NCBI GenBank assembly: GCA_041391825.1
Contig: JAWKNF010000014.1
Span: 3,116 to 67,115, forward strand
Direction of reading: 5' to 3'
Length of the DNA stretch: 64,000 nucleotides
Source of the DNA: Flavobacteriales bacterium
GTDB taxonomy: Bacteria; Bacteroidota; Bacteroidia; Flavobacteriales_F; PHOS-HE28
This document shows positions 47,101 through 56,912 of the stretch, piece after piece (the first letter of the stretch is position 1; each line of letters opens with the position of its first letter). Both the position numbers and the translations under genes were made by a program. The notes below the pieces were generated by a model, which saw only the letters and a list, made by a program, of their open reading frames with translations, was not told the DNA's origin and searched no databases.

Positions 47101-47518
47101 TGCGACGCGTCATGTCGTTCCACACGTCGGTGTAGCGCATCACGGCCTTCTTGCACGCCGCGTTGTAGTCGGCGATGCTGATGCTCTTGCCGATGTCCTC
47201 CTTCGTGATGCCCAGCTCCTTTTCCACGCCCAGTTCGATCGGCAGACCATGCGTATCCCAACCGGCCTTGCGGTGCACCAACTTGCCCTTCTGCGTTTGG
47301 TAGCGGCAGAAGATGTCCTTGATGGCACGCGCCATCACATGGTGGATGCCCGGCAGGCCATTGGCGCTCGGCGGACCTTCATAGAACACGAAGGGCGGCG
47401 CGTCCTTGCGCAGTTCGAGGCTTTGGCCGAAGGTGTCCTCGCTGTCCCATTGCTGCAGGACCTCGTTGGCGACCTTCGGCAGATCGAGTTCGTCGTATTG
47501 CTTGAAATGCTTGGGCAT
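44133..47518 (-). CDS. ileS: Isoleucine--tRNA ligase (type 2, Bacteroidota-like), with one frameshift as assembled
   Basis: ATG 47518 gives MPKHFKQYDELDLPKVANEVLQQW...PPSANGLPGIHHVMARAIKD (HIGH-type) and KMSKRLGN. ORFs 44744-47659 and 44133-44750 join (...RLEAGIRELVLSEVNVKELV...) if CC 44763-44764 is read as CCC. The span is 3386 nt, which is 3n+2. Confidence 0.9.
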
Positions 47519-47539
47519 CAGGGGCTTCGAAAGGGGCGG

Positions 47540-47547
47540 CAAAGATA
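47540..47547 (-). promoter_or_regulatory. Candidate -7 promoter box for ileS
   Basis: Minus-strand TATCTTTG (TAnnTTTG) lies 21 nt upstream of ATG 47518. Confidence 0.35.
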
Positions 47548-47636
47548 GATCGATGGGGCCGGGAGTCCAGTGGACCATGCCTGTCGGCCGTACCAGAGCA
47601 AAGATCGACCGGAAAGATGCAGGCAGGAATTTCGGA

Positions 47637-48155
47637 TCAGCGCTGGTCTTCGGGTGCAACGGGCTCGGGCCTGCAAGACATCGTCCAGCCGCACACTTTC
47701 ACCACTTCTTGGTTCCCGCGTTCGTCGTAGAACCGTTCTGGTAGCTCGTCCCCGCGCTGGTTGTGCCGTTTCCAAACCCCGGTCTTGACCCCCCTGTGGA
47801 AGTTGCCGCTGGACTCCATCTTCCCGTTGCGGTGGTAAAAGACGAAAGCGCCTTCTGCAATGGTGAGCGAATCATCCGAGTAGGAGCCGGTCATCATCAG
47901 GATGCCTTCGTGGCCATAGACGCGAACGGACCAGCCGGATCCCGCCGCGCGGGCCACACGAAGAAGGAGGTTTTCGGGCTTTTCAACATCAGGCTCATCC
48001 GCCCCGACGAGATCGTAGCGCACGCGCCCCACCGTCATGCTCGTCTCTCCCCGGGCCAGCATCACCCCCATCTTGTTCACATCATCGCGCTGCGCCGAAA
48101 GTGGCGCTACCGCGAGCACGGCGAACAGTGTGGGTATGATCAGGTTGTAGCGCAT
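47637..48155 (-). CDS. Exported MORN-variant/YwqK-like repeat protein
   Basis: In ORF 47637-48197, ATG 48155 gives MRYNLIIPTLFAVLAVAPLSAQ. It has repeats of the type GAFVFYHRNGKMESSGNFHRGVKTGVWKRHNQRG. Confidence 0.5.
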   Translation of the reverse strand: MRYNLIIPTLFAVLAVAPLSAQRDDVNKMGVMLARGETSMTVGRVRYDLVGADEPDVEKPENLLLRVARAAGSGWSVRVYGHEGILMMTGSYSDDSLTIAEGAFVFYHRNGKMESSGNFHRGVKTGVWKRHNQRGDELPERFYDERGNQEVVKVCGWTMSCRPEPVAPEDQR

Positions 48156-48193
48156 GGCGTTGATCCAGCTGATGGTGCTGGCCTTCATATAGT

Positions 48194-48613
48194 TCACGGG
48201 GACTCTGCGATGGCCGTGCTGTACGTGACCTCACCACAGCTCGACCCATTGCAGAAGTAGTACGTGTCGCCGAAGCGATGCACCACACGGCGATATTCCC
48301 GGGTATGACCCGATTCTGTGATCCGGATCACCCGTGCAACATAGGTGGGTTCCACGATCAGCTCGTCCGTGCGACCATCGGGCAGCGCGGCGGCCAAGGG
48401 ACTTGGTTCCACCGGGTAAGGGGTTCCGGGTACGGATGTGTTCGGTCGCTCGTTGCCGCTGGTTCCCATGAACGAGGTCCGGTCCATCACCTCGGTGTCC
48501 CTTTCACGGGTGAAGGTGGTGCTTGGCACATGAGCATGGTGGGTGGCGGCTGCAGGCCCTACCCCGTTCGCCGGGTCATTAGGTGCGCTGTCGATGGCGT
48601 GTTCGACGCGCAT
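48194..48613 (-). CDS. Hypothetical protein (139 aa)
   Basis: Clean ORF whose stop overlaps the next gene's ORF by 4 nt. No domain recognised. Confidence 0.4.
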   Translation of the reverse strand: MRVEHAIDSAPNDPANGVGPAAATHHAHVPSTTFTRERDTEVMDRTSFMGTSGNERPNTSVPGTPYPVEPSPLAAALPDGRTDELIVEPTYVARVIRITESGHTREYRRVVHRFGDTYYFCNGSSCGEVTYSTAIAESP

Positions 48614-48620
48614 GCCCGAC

Positions 48621-49161
48621 TTATCGGAGCTGTTTCACTGCCGGGTCAACCGCGTTGTTCCTCGCTGCCCGAATGCGCGCCTCTTTCTCCCTTCGTTCAC
48701 GGAACAAGGTGTAATCCGTGTCATAGCCGAAATCCTTCTTCTCCGGGTAGTAGCGCACGTACCCGACAGGCTGGGCATAGCGGAAGTCGGTGCCGGGCTC
48801 GCGCTTCTCCAAGGTCACCAGGAACGGGAATGTGAAGGGGCCGAGTTCCATCGCCTCTTCCGGGAGGTTCGTGTCGAAGAGCAACTCCTTGGTCATGCAG
48901 CCGGTGCGTTCAAAAGAAAGAACATACACATGGCCTGGATCCAAGCGCATTTCCACTCGACCGATATCCCCGGAAAGCAGGCTCAATTGGACCCCATCGC
49001 GGTTCACCACAAGCCGAGCGCCATCCATCGAGAGACCATGCACGCGCACCTTTCCATCAATGAACAGGGCGTTCTCATTGTTCGAGCCATACGCCGAGGA
49101 TAGTCAGCAGGATGATCCCCAAGTTGATCAGGACACGTGATATGGACCTCCGGGTCAGCAT
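48621..49161 (-). CDS. Hypothetical membrane-anchored protein, with one frameshift near 49085 as assembled
   Basis: ATG 49161 gives MLTRRSISRVLINLGIILLTILGVWL (signal anchor) in one frame. NENALFIDGKVRVHGLSMDG... continues in ORF 48621-49049. Confidence 0.4.
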
Positions 49162-49318
49162 GGGCTTTTGTTATCGCTTACCAAGTTCCTCAATTGCCGC
49201 CGACCGTACAATACCCACATGTGGGGATGTGGCGTTCGTCGAAATGGTCGATGCGTGGTCCCAATGGACCGGGTTCGGATCGCAGTGAAAGGAAGTAGTG
49301 GGCTGGGTTATCCCCTCA

Positions 49319-50072
49319 TCAAGCCTTGAAGCGCACCATCACAGTGTTCCCCTTTTCTTCTCGTCTGGTCTCGAGTTGGTCCTTCAGAGCGCTCACCAGC
49401 GAGGATAGCGAAGGGTGCCCGTAGCTGCGTGGGTCAAAGCCGGGATCGAGGCGGCGTAGCGCTTGGCCGATCAAACTGAGCGATACCTCGTCCTCCTCAC
49501 CGCGTGCGATGTTAAAGGCCTTTCTGAACTTTCGCATCAAGCCAGCATTGGTGGAAAGGGCTGGCTTCGATGCTGTGGAACGGCTCTTCCCGCCGCGTTT
49601 GGGCCCGGACCGTGGTTCTTCTTGCACATCCAGGTTCTCAACGTAAGATGAAGCGTTCGCAGGCCTGCACGAACGCGTCAGGGGGTCTTCTTTTCGCCCA
49701 CGCCCATCACGAAGATCCCGCTTTCGCGTAGGCGGGTGGCCAAGCGGGTGTAGTCGCTATCGCTGCTCACGATGCAAAAGGCATCCACCTGATCACCATG
49801 CAGAATGTCCATGGCATCGATGATCAGTGCGCTGTCCGTGCTGTTCTTGCCTTTCGTATAGGCGAATTGTTGTACAGGCTGTATCGCGTTCGCGTTGAGC
49901 AGGTCCTTCCACCCGGTCATGCCCGTGGTGGTCCAATCGCCATAGATCCGTCGGATGGTGATGGTGCCCACCTTGCTCACCTCTTTTCTGAGGATCGGAA
50001 GGCGCCAAACGTTTCGGCGCAGCGTTGTCACCATCGATCAATAGCGATGGTGTGGTCGTTGATCTTCTTCAT
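49319..50072 (-). pseudogene. NYN (LabA/DUF88-type PIN-like) domain plus OST-HTH/LOTUS domain protein, with 4 frameshifts as assembled
   Basis: ATG 50072 gives MKKINDHTIA, then LIDGDNAAPKRLAP, then ORF 49678-50034 (TITIRRIYGDW...FCIVSSDSDYTRLATRLRESGIFVMGVGEKKTP). DAFVQACERFI lies in a third frame. ORF 49319-49627 supplies the LOTUS-like part: LSLIGQALRRLDPGFDPRSYGHPSLSSLVSAL. Confidence 0.65.
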
Positions 50073-50981
50073 TCTCGGCGCAAGGTATGCCGAGCGCCGC
50101 TTCCAGGGACAGTTGCATGGGCACGTCCTGCAACAGGATCTCTGCACCCTCGGGACCGGCCTGGATGGTCAATGTTCCCGTGTTCCACACCCCCAGTGCA
50201 TCGCGCTTGCCGAGTGCTTGTCCGTTCACCGTGGCACTGCCCTCGATCACGAAAGCATAGACACCATTGCCTTGGCGCTTCAGGGAATAGTCAACGGTCC
50301 GCGCTGCGTCGAAGCGGCCGATATGGAACCAAGCGTCCTGGTGGATCCACACGCCGGCGTCATCCGGGTCGGGGGACAATACCTGTTGGAATCGGTTCTC
50401 GCGCTCCTTTGGGTCCAAGGTCATCTGCTGGTAGCGCGGTGTCACATCGCGCTTTTTCGGGAAGAGCCAGATCTGCAAGGTGTTCGCATCCCTGTCGTTG
50501 TACGGATTGAATTCGCTGTGCTGGATGCCTTTCCAGCGCTCATCACCTGCACGTCACCCGCATTGATGATGCTGGTGTTGCCCATACTGTCCTTGTGCTG
50601 CAATGCACCTTTCAGTGGGATCGTGATGATCTCCATGTTGTCGTGCGGATGCGTGCCGAAGCCCTTGCCCGCTGCAATGATGTCATCGTTCATCACGCGC
50701 AACACACCGAAGTGCATGCGGGTGGGGTCGTACCAGTTCGCGAAGCTGAAGGAGAAATTCGCTTGGAGCCAACCGTGGTCGGCGGTACCGCGCTCGTTGG
50801 CGCGGTGGATCACCATGTTGTCCATGTGTTCAGGTGGTGTTGGTGGTAAATGATCGAAGCCCACGGGGTCGAGGGGACGTAATTCATCCACCTCGTTCCG
50901 GATCAATTGTGCGGCGGCAGCCCCGCCGACCAACATGCCGGTGCCGAGCAGGCTCTTACGGAGGAAGTTCTTGCGGTCCAT
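50038..50981 (-). CDS. Pirin-family protein with a Tat-like signal, with one frameshift near 50500 as assembled
   Basis: ATG 50981 gives MDRKNFLRKSLLGTGMLVGGAAAAQ. ANERGTADHGWLQANFSFSFANWYDP...GFGTHPHDNMEIITIPLKGALQHKDSMGN lies in ORF 50442-51356, and the C-terminal half lies in ORF 50038-50478. Confidence 0.75.
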
Positions 50982-50999
50982 GGTCGTGTTCGTTGTTCG

Positions 51000-51007
51000 C
51001 AAATATA
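51000..51007 (-). promoter_or_regulatory. Candidate -7 promoter box for the pirin gene
   Basis: Minus-strand TATATTTG (TAnnTTTG) lies 18 nt upstream of ATG 50981. Confidence 0.35.
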
Positions 51008-51105
51008 TACCATGGAAAATAAACCCAAGGCAATATAAGTGGTCGGTGCCGCTGTCCTTGAGCCTCGTCAACCGTATAACCGAGTGGATCGACCTTCTTT
51101 GCAGC

Positions 51106-52386
51106 ATGGGAACAATGCCATGGATGTCGGCCGAGGAAGCCGTCTCTTCGATCCGCTCCGGTGATCGCGTGTTCATCCACGGCAGTGCGGCCACCCCGTT
51201 GGAGCTGGTGGGTGCCATGACAGCGCGGCATGCGGAGCTGAAGGACGTGGAACTGGTGAGCATCAGCACCTTCGGCGATGTGGGCTTCGATCGCCCCGAG
51301 GTACAACAGAGCTTCTTCCTGAACGCACTATTCGTTTCAGCGAACATGCGGGCCACGGTGGATGGTCCGCGCGGCGATTACATCCCGGTCTTCCTCAGCG
51401 AGATCCCGCGCTTGTTCGATAAGGGGATCCTCCCGTTGGACGTGGCCTTGGTGCACGTTTCGCCGCCCGATCGACATGGTTTCTGCTCGCTCGGCGTGTC
51501 CGTGGATGTGGCCCGCTCCGCCGTGCGCAACGCACGAACGGTGATCGCCCAAGTGAACCCGAACATGCCGCGCACCTTGGGCGACGGGCAGGTGCACGTC
51601 TCTCGTTTCGCCGCGATGGTGAAGGTGGATAGCCCCTTGCCCGAGGTGGACTATGGCACCGCGATCGGCCCGAACGAAGAGCGGATCGCCCGGTACATCT
51701 CGGAGATGGTGGAGGATGGTGCTACCCTGCAGATGGGCATCGGTGCGATCCCGGATGCGATCCTACGCGGACTGGGTGGGCATAAGGACCTTGGTATCCA
51801 CACCGAGATGTGTTCCAACGGCATCATCGACCTCGTGAAGAATGGCGTGGTCACCAACAAGTTCAAGAATAAGCACCGCGGCAAGGTGGTGACCTCCTTC
51901 GCCTTCGGAACACGAGGGCTGTACGACCTGGTCGACGACAATCCGTTCTTCGCGTTCCTCGATGCGCAGTACGTGAACGACGGCAAGGTGATCCGCGAGA
52001 ACCCCAAAGTGGTGGCCGTGAACAGTGCGATCGAAGTGGACCTCACAGGTCAGGTCTGTGCGGACAGCATCGGTACCTACCAATTCAGTGGTGTTGGCGG
52101 GCAAATGGATTTCATGCGAGGTGCTGCGCTTAGCGAAGGTGGGAAACCGATCATCGCCCTGTGCTCCTCCACGCGCAAAGGCGAGAGCAAGATCGTGCCC
52201 TTCTTGCGCGAAGGTGCTGGGGTGGTGACCACCCGGGCACACGTGCATTACGTGGTCACGGAGCATGGGGTGGCCTACCTCTTCGGCAAGAACCTGCAGC
52301 AGCGTGCGAAAGCATTGATCGGCATCGCCCACCCGGACCATCGGGAGGCATTGGAGCGGGCGTTCCACGAGCGATTCGTGCGCTGA
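51106..52386 (+). CDS. Acetyl-CoA hydrolase/transferase-family protein (4-hydroxybutyrate/succinyl-CoA:acetate CoA-transferase-like)
   Basis: In ORF 50935-52386, ATG 51106 gives MGTMPWMSAEEAVSSIRSGDRVFIHGSAATP. It has LQMGIGAIPDAIL, VNSAIEVDLTGQV and GVGGQMDF. Confidence 0.8.
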   Translation: MGTMPWMSAEEAVSSIRSGDRVFIHGSAATPLELVGAMTARHAELKDVELVSISTFGDVGFDRPEVQQSFFLNALFVSANMRATVDGPRGDYIPVFLSEIPRLFDKGILPLDVALVHVSPPDRHGFCSLGVSVDVARSAVRNARTVIAQVNPNMPRTLGDGQVHVSRFAAMVKVDSPLPEVDYGTAIGPNEERIARYISEMVEDGATLQMGIGAIPDAILRGLGGHKDLGIHTEMCSNGIIDLVKNGVVTNKFKNKHRGKVVTSFAFGTRGLYDLVDDNPFFAFLDAQYVNDGKVIRENPKVVAVNSAIEVDLTGQVCADSIGTYQFSGVGGQMDFMRGAALSEGGKPIIALCSSTRKGESKIVPFLREGAGVVTTRAHVHYVVTEHGVAYLFGKNLQQRAKALIGIAHPDHREALERAFHERFVR

Positions 52387-52459
52387 GGGTAGGGCCGGGA
52401 CCCTGTTGGCACAACATCCACCCGTTGGAGAACGTTGGGACCCGCGAACTTTCAAGCTT

Positions 52460-52467
52460 TACTTTTG
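52460..52467 (+). promoter_or_regulatory. Candidate promoter for dxs (-7 TAnnTTTG with an upstream TTG)
   Basis: TACTTTTG lies at 52460-52467 and TTG at 52435-52437 (22-nt spacer). ATG 52498 is 31 nt downstream. Confidence 0.4.
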
Positions 52468-52497
52468 TCTATTCTGCGTACCGAGACCGGTTGCACC

Positions 52498-54439
52498 ATG
52501 AAGAAGACCGCCCCGAACCACCCGCTGCTGGAAAAGATCCATCTGCCGGCCGACCTGCGCCAGTTGGACGAGGAGCAGCTTCAGCAGGTCTGCACGGAGT
52601 TGCGTGAATTCATCATCGACCTGGTGAGCGTGAAAGGCGGGCACTTCGGTGCCAGCTTGGGTGTTGTTGAACTGACGGTCGCGTTGCACTACGTCTTCAA
52701 CACCCCATACGACCAGCTCGTTTGGGATGTCGGCCACCAGGCCTACGGACACAAGATCCTGACCGGGCGTCGGGAGACCTTCCACACCAACCGCATCCAC
52801 AAAGGGCTGAGCGGTTTTCCCAAGCGCAGCGAAAGCGAGTACGACACCTTCGGCGTGGGCCACAGCAGCACGAGCATCGGTGGCGCCTTGGGCATGGCCG
52901 TGGCCAGCAAGCTGAAGGGTGAGGAGGACCGCCAGTGTGTGGCGATCATCGGAGACGGTGCCATGACCGCCGGTATGGCCTTCGAGGCCCTGAACCACGC
53001 TGGTGGTGCCGGGACGGACATGCTCGTGGTGCTCAATGACAACTGCATGAGCATCGACCCGAACGTGGGAGCGCTCAAGGAATACCTGACCGATATCGCC
53101 ACCAGCCACACCTACAACAAGGTGAAGGACGAGGTGTGGAACCTCTTGGGCAAGGTGAGCAAGTTCGGCCCCAATGCCCAGGCGATCGCCCAAAAGGTGG
53201 AGAACGCCGTGAAGAGCGCTTTGCTCAAACAGAGCAACCTCTTCGAGAGCCTCAACTTCCGCTACTTTGGTCCGGTCGATGGCCACGACGTGGACCACTT
53301 GGTGAAAGTACTCCGCGACCTGCGCGACATCCCGGGCCCGAAGATCCTGCATACCGTTACCGTGAAGGGCAAGGGTTATGCACCCGCAGAAGCCGGCAGC
53401 CCCACCGTTTGGCATGCACCGGGCTTGTTCAACAAAGAGACCGGCGAGATCATCAAGGTGGTGCCGAAGAGCCCGCAGCCGCCCAAGTACCAGGACGTGT
53501 TCGGGCATAGCATCGTGGAGCTCGCCGAGAAGAACCCGAAGATCGTGGGGGTCACACCCGCCATGCCTTCCGGTTGTTCGCTCAACATCATGATGAAGGC
53601 CATGCCCGACCGCGCCTTCGACGTGGGTATCGCCGAGCAGCACGCCGTCACCTTCAGTGCTGGGATGGCGACGCAGGGCATGGTGCCGTTCTGCAACATC
53701 TACAGCTCGTTCATGCAACGCGCCTATGATCAGGTGGTGCATGATGTCGCCCTCCAGAAGCTGAACGTGGTGTTCTGTCTGGATCGCGGTGGCCTGGCCA
53801 GCCGATGGCCCCACGCACCACGGCAACTTCGACCTGGCCTACTTCCGCTGTATCCCCAACATGGTGGTCAGCGCGCCCATGAACGAAGAGGAGTTGCGGA
53901 ATCTGATGTACACCGCCCAGCTACCCGACCAAGGCCCATTCAGCATCCGCTACCCGCGTGGCGAGGGGGTGATGACCGAGTGGAAGACCCCGTTCAAGGA
54001 GATCAAGGTCGGGACCGGGCGTAAGCTGCGCTCCGGAACGGACATCGCGGTGCTGTCCATCGGACACATCGGCAACATCGCGGCCAAGGGCATTGAAAGC
54101 CTGCAGGCCGAAGGCTACAGCGTGGCCCATTACGACATGCGTTTCGCCAAGCCGATCGATGAGATGCTGCTGCACGAGGTCTTCGCGAAGTTCAAGCATG
54201 TGATCACCATCGAGGACCACGCCATCATGGGTGGCATGGGCAGCGCTGTGCTGGAGTTCATGGGCGACCACGGCTACAGCGCAGCTGAAGCGTTTGGGCA
54301 TCCCCGATCGTTGGATCGAGCACGGATCCAGCAAGAGCTCTACGCCGAGTGCGGCTTCGACGACGTTGCGCTGATCGCTGCGGTGAAGGAGTTGCTCGCG
54401 GAGCAGAAAGGCGCGAAGGGCAAGCGGGCGAGCGCCTGA
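52498..54439 (+). CDS. dxs: 1-deoxy-D-xylulose-5-phosphate synthase, with one overt frameshift (about 53795) plus a compensated pair (54284/54328) as assembled
   Basis: ATG 52498 gives MKKTAPNHPLLEKIHLPADLRQLDEEQL. It has GHFGASLGVVELTVALH, GHQAYGHKILTGR and IIGDGAMTAGMAFEALN. DRGGLA then ADGPTHHGNFDLAYFRCIPNMVV continues in ORF 53789-54439. Confidence 0.9.
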
Positions 54440-54441
54440 CC

Positions 54442-55430
54442 CTACCGCTTCGTCAAACGGGCATTGCCCAGCGTTCCGTTCGTGCCGATCCAGGTCAAGG
54501 TGTACAGCCCGGAAGGCACGCTCACCACATCCAGCACCAAGCGCCGCGTTTGCGGGAATTGAACTCCTCGTGCCATTGTTTCACCACGTTCCCTGAAGCA
54601 TCCACCAACTGGAAGGATCGTGCGATCCGCTCGAAGTGCTCGAGGTCCAGCGCGATCAGGTCCACGCAGGGGTCGGAAAAGGACGCAGAACAACCGGGCG
54701 GAACAGCGCCGCTGGGTCATCCTGCCACGAGCCGTCCAGCCAGCGCAACACGCGGTCCGGTGGCGCCCAGCCTTTGCGTTCGGACATCACGAGCAAGGGC
54801 ATCGGCGTGCGTGGAGAATACCAGGAGTAGCGTGTTTCGGTGCGTAGCGGCCACTCCTTGTACCTGCGATCCACCATGGCCAGCTTCGGTCCGCACGCGG
54901 ATCACATCCTCGACCACCCCATAGGGCATGATCAAGTCCCCCCAGGATTCGGCCCGCCCAGCGTAATACACGTCCAGGATCCGTATCCGTCCCGCTCCGG
55001 TCACGGCAACAATGGAGGTATCGGACCACCGATCGCCGATCTGACAAGGGACCACCAACTCACGCAAGGGCGGATCGAACCGCAACAAGGCCGTATCGGT
55101 GTACGTGCCGATCCAGAACATGGCCGTGTCGCTGCGTAGGAAGTAGGAGGCCGGTTCTCCGGGTACCTGGCGCACGAGCGCGTCGTTCGGGAAAGCACCT
55201 GCCCCGGGAGCGATATCGGTGGTGGACCACACATGGGGCACGATCGTGCCGGGCGGCAGGCTGCTGACGTCCCAACGCACACCTTCACCCGAGACACCGG
55301 GTTTCATGTACGGCACATCATGATAGCCGAACACACTACCTGTCGAAGGGAAGATGCCGACATCCAGAGCAGGTTGTGCGATGCTCATGAGCGCGCAACA
55401 ACTAAGGATCGGTACAAGCACCATTCGCAT
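54442..55430 (-). pseudogene. Secreted protein with a T9SS type A sorting domain, with several frameshifts in the 3' third as assembled
   Basis: ATG 55430 gives MRMVLVPILSCCALMSIAQP (ORF 54717-55514). The C-terminal piece in ORF 54442-54720 ends LVLDVVSVPSGLYTLTWIGTNGTLGNARLTKR. Confidence 0.5.
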
Positions 55431-55452
55431 GGACAAAAGATACGACGAGGGA

Positions 55453-56862
55453 TCAGTGGTCAACGAAACCATTGTCCGTCCATTTGGTCCATCGATCATC
55501 CGGACCGAACACAAGCGCTACGCCACGGAAGTGGACGACCACCCCCGAAATTGGATCTTCCTGCACGTCCACGTAGCGTTCGGGGCTGCGGCCGTCCAAG
55601 GCCACCGCCTCGCGGAATCCGTTGCGAAAGATGTAGGCCCCGCCATACGAATCAGGCAATCCGCTCACGAACAGGGTACCATTCTTCGGTGCGGTCGGGA
55701 GTTCGCGCATTATCCGCTTGGTCTTGGCTGATGCCACGCGCCAGTGTTGAACCTCCTGTTCCATCAATGTAACGAAGAGGATGAGCACTATTACGGCCGT
55801 ACCGAGCCTGATGACGGTTCGTGGGATGTGCCCGATCAACAGGCCGAGCAGTCCGCACAGGAATGCGCTCGGTAGGTAGAGGAAGCGGTCGCTCTCCGAG
55901 GTCCGAGTACTGACCCCTCCGATCAGCGCGACAGAGCAGGACAGGACCAGGAGCAAAAGCATGGTAAGGACCGTATATCGTTCGGCTTGTTCGTTCCGCC
56001 AGGCCCTTCGGATCACCACCACGAGGACAACGAGGATGATGAACAACACCACTGCGCGTTGCACCATGATATCCGGGTCGGCCGAAGGCGGAAGGAAAAG
56101 ACGAGCACCGACCTTGGGGATATTGCTCAACAACCCGCTCAGGCCTTCGGGTAGCATCGCTGCAACGTATGCATCCTCGGCTGCCGGACCGCTTGCGCGC
56201 ATCATCAGGAAATAGAGGAAACCTGCGATCCCGTATCCGACGAGCAGGGGGCGCAGCGGGGTGCGTCGTTGAAGCAGGTCGAAGGCGAGGAGGGCAAATG
56301 CCAACAAGGGAAGGAGGATGGCCCCTTCGTAGCACAAAAGACCAACGAACAAGGCGACGGCGGATCCGCCGATCCTGGACCGGACGGCGCCTTCGCCCAT
56401 CAAGGACAGCAACCCGAGCAGCACGAAGCACATTCCCAGAGAGGATTCCCTTCCGACCAACCACAGGATGGATTCCTGATGAAAAGGGTACACCAGGAAC
56501 AGTAAGGCTCCGAGCATGGCTGCGTTCAAGCGCCGCGTCGAGCCCCAAAGCGCCGCAACGCGCGTTGAAAGAAGAAGGAGCAGGAACGCGTTCAACCCGT
56601 GCAAGGCCACGTTGAAGGCACGGTGGCCCACCACTGAGGTACCCGAGATCAGGTGTCCGGTGCGGAACGTGAGGTCCGATATCGGGCGGAAGAAGCTACT
56701 ACGCCACGGAATGTCGCTTGCGCCGGAATTCCAGATCGCTGAGTGGTCATCGCTGAACGGAGAGAGGTCGAGCTCCTGCCGGTGGACCACGAAAGCCAGC
56801 AGCACGAGCACGGGAAGCGCCCACCAAGGGGTCGAGCGGGAGCTGCGGAATTCCTTGGCCAT
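55453..56862 (-). CDS. Polytopic membrane protein, GT-C/PMT_2-like glycosyltransferase candidate
   Basis: 469 aa with more than 10 hydrophobic helices. The N-terminal region (FRPISDLTF...HRAFNVALHGLNAFLLLLL) resembles PMT_2/DUF1736-type proteins. Weak call. Confidence 0.4.
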   Translation of the reverse strand: MAKEFRSSRSTPWWALPVLVLLAFVVHRQELDLSPFSDDHSAIWNSGASDIPWRSSFFRPISDLTFRTGHLISGTSVVGHRAFNVALHGLNAFLLLLLSTRVAALWGSTRRLNAAMLGALLFLVYPFHQESILWLVGRESSLGMCFVLLGLLSLMGEGAVRSRIGGSAVALFVGLLCYEGAILLPLLAFALLAFDLLQRRTPLRPLLVGYGIAGFLYFLMMRASGPAAEDAYVAAMLPEGLSGLLSNIPKVGARLFLPPSADPDIMVQRAVVLFIILVVLVVVIRRAWRNEQAERYTVLTMLLLLVLSCSVALIGGVSTRTSESDRFLYLPSAFLCGLLGLLIGHIPRTVIRLGTAVIVLILFVTLMEQEVQHWRVASAKTKRIMRELPTAPKNGTLFVSGLPDSYGGAYIFRNGFREAVALDGRSPERYVDVQEDPISGVVVHFRGVALVFGPDDRWTKWTDNGFVDH

Positions 56863-56912
56863 TCGTCAAAGCTACTCGGCCATGGGCTCGGGATCGAGCA
56901 GGTTAGGCGGAC

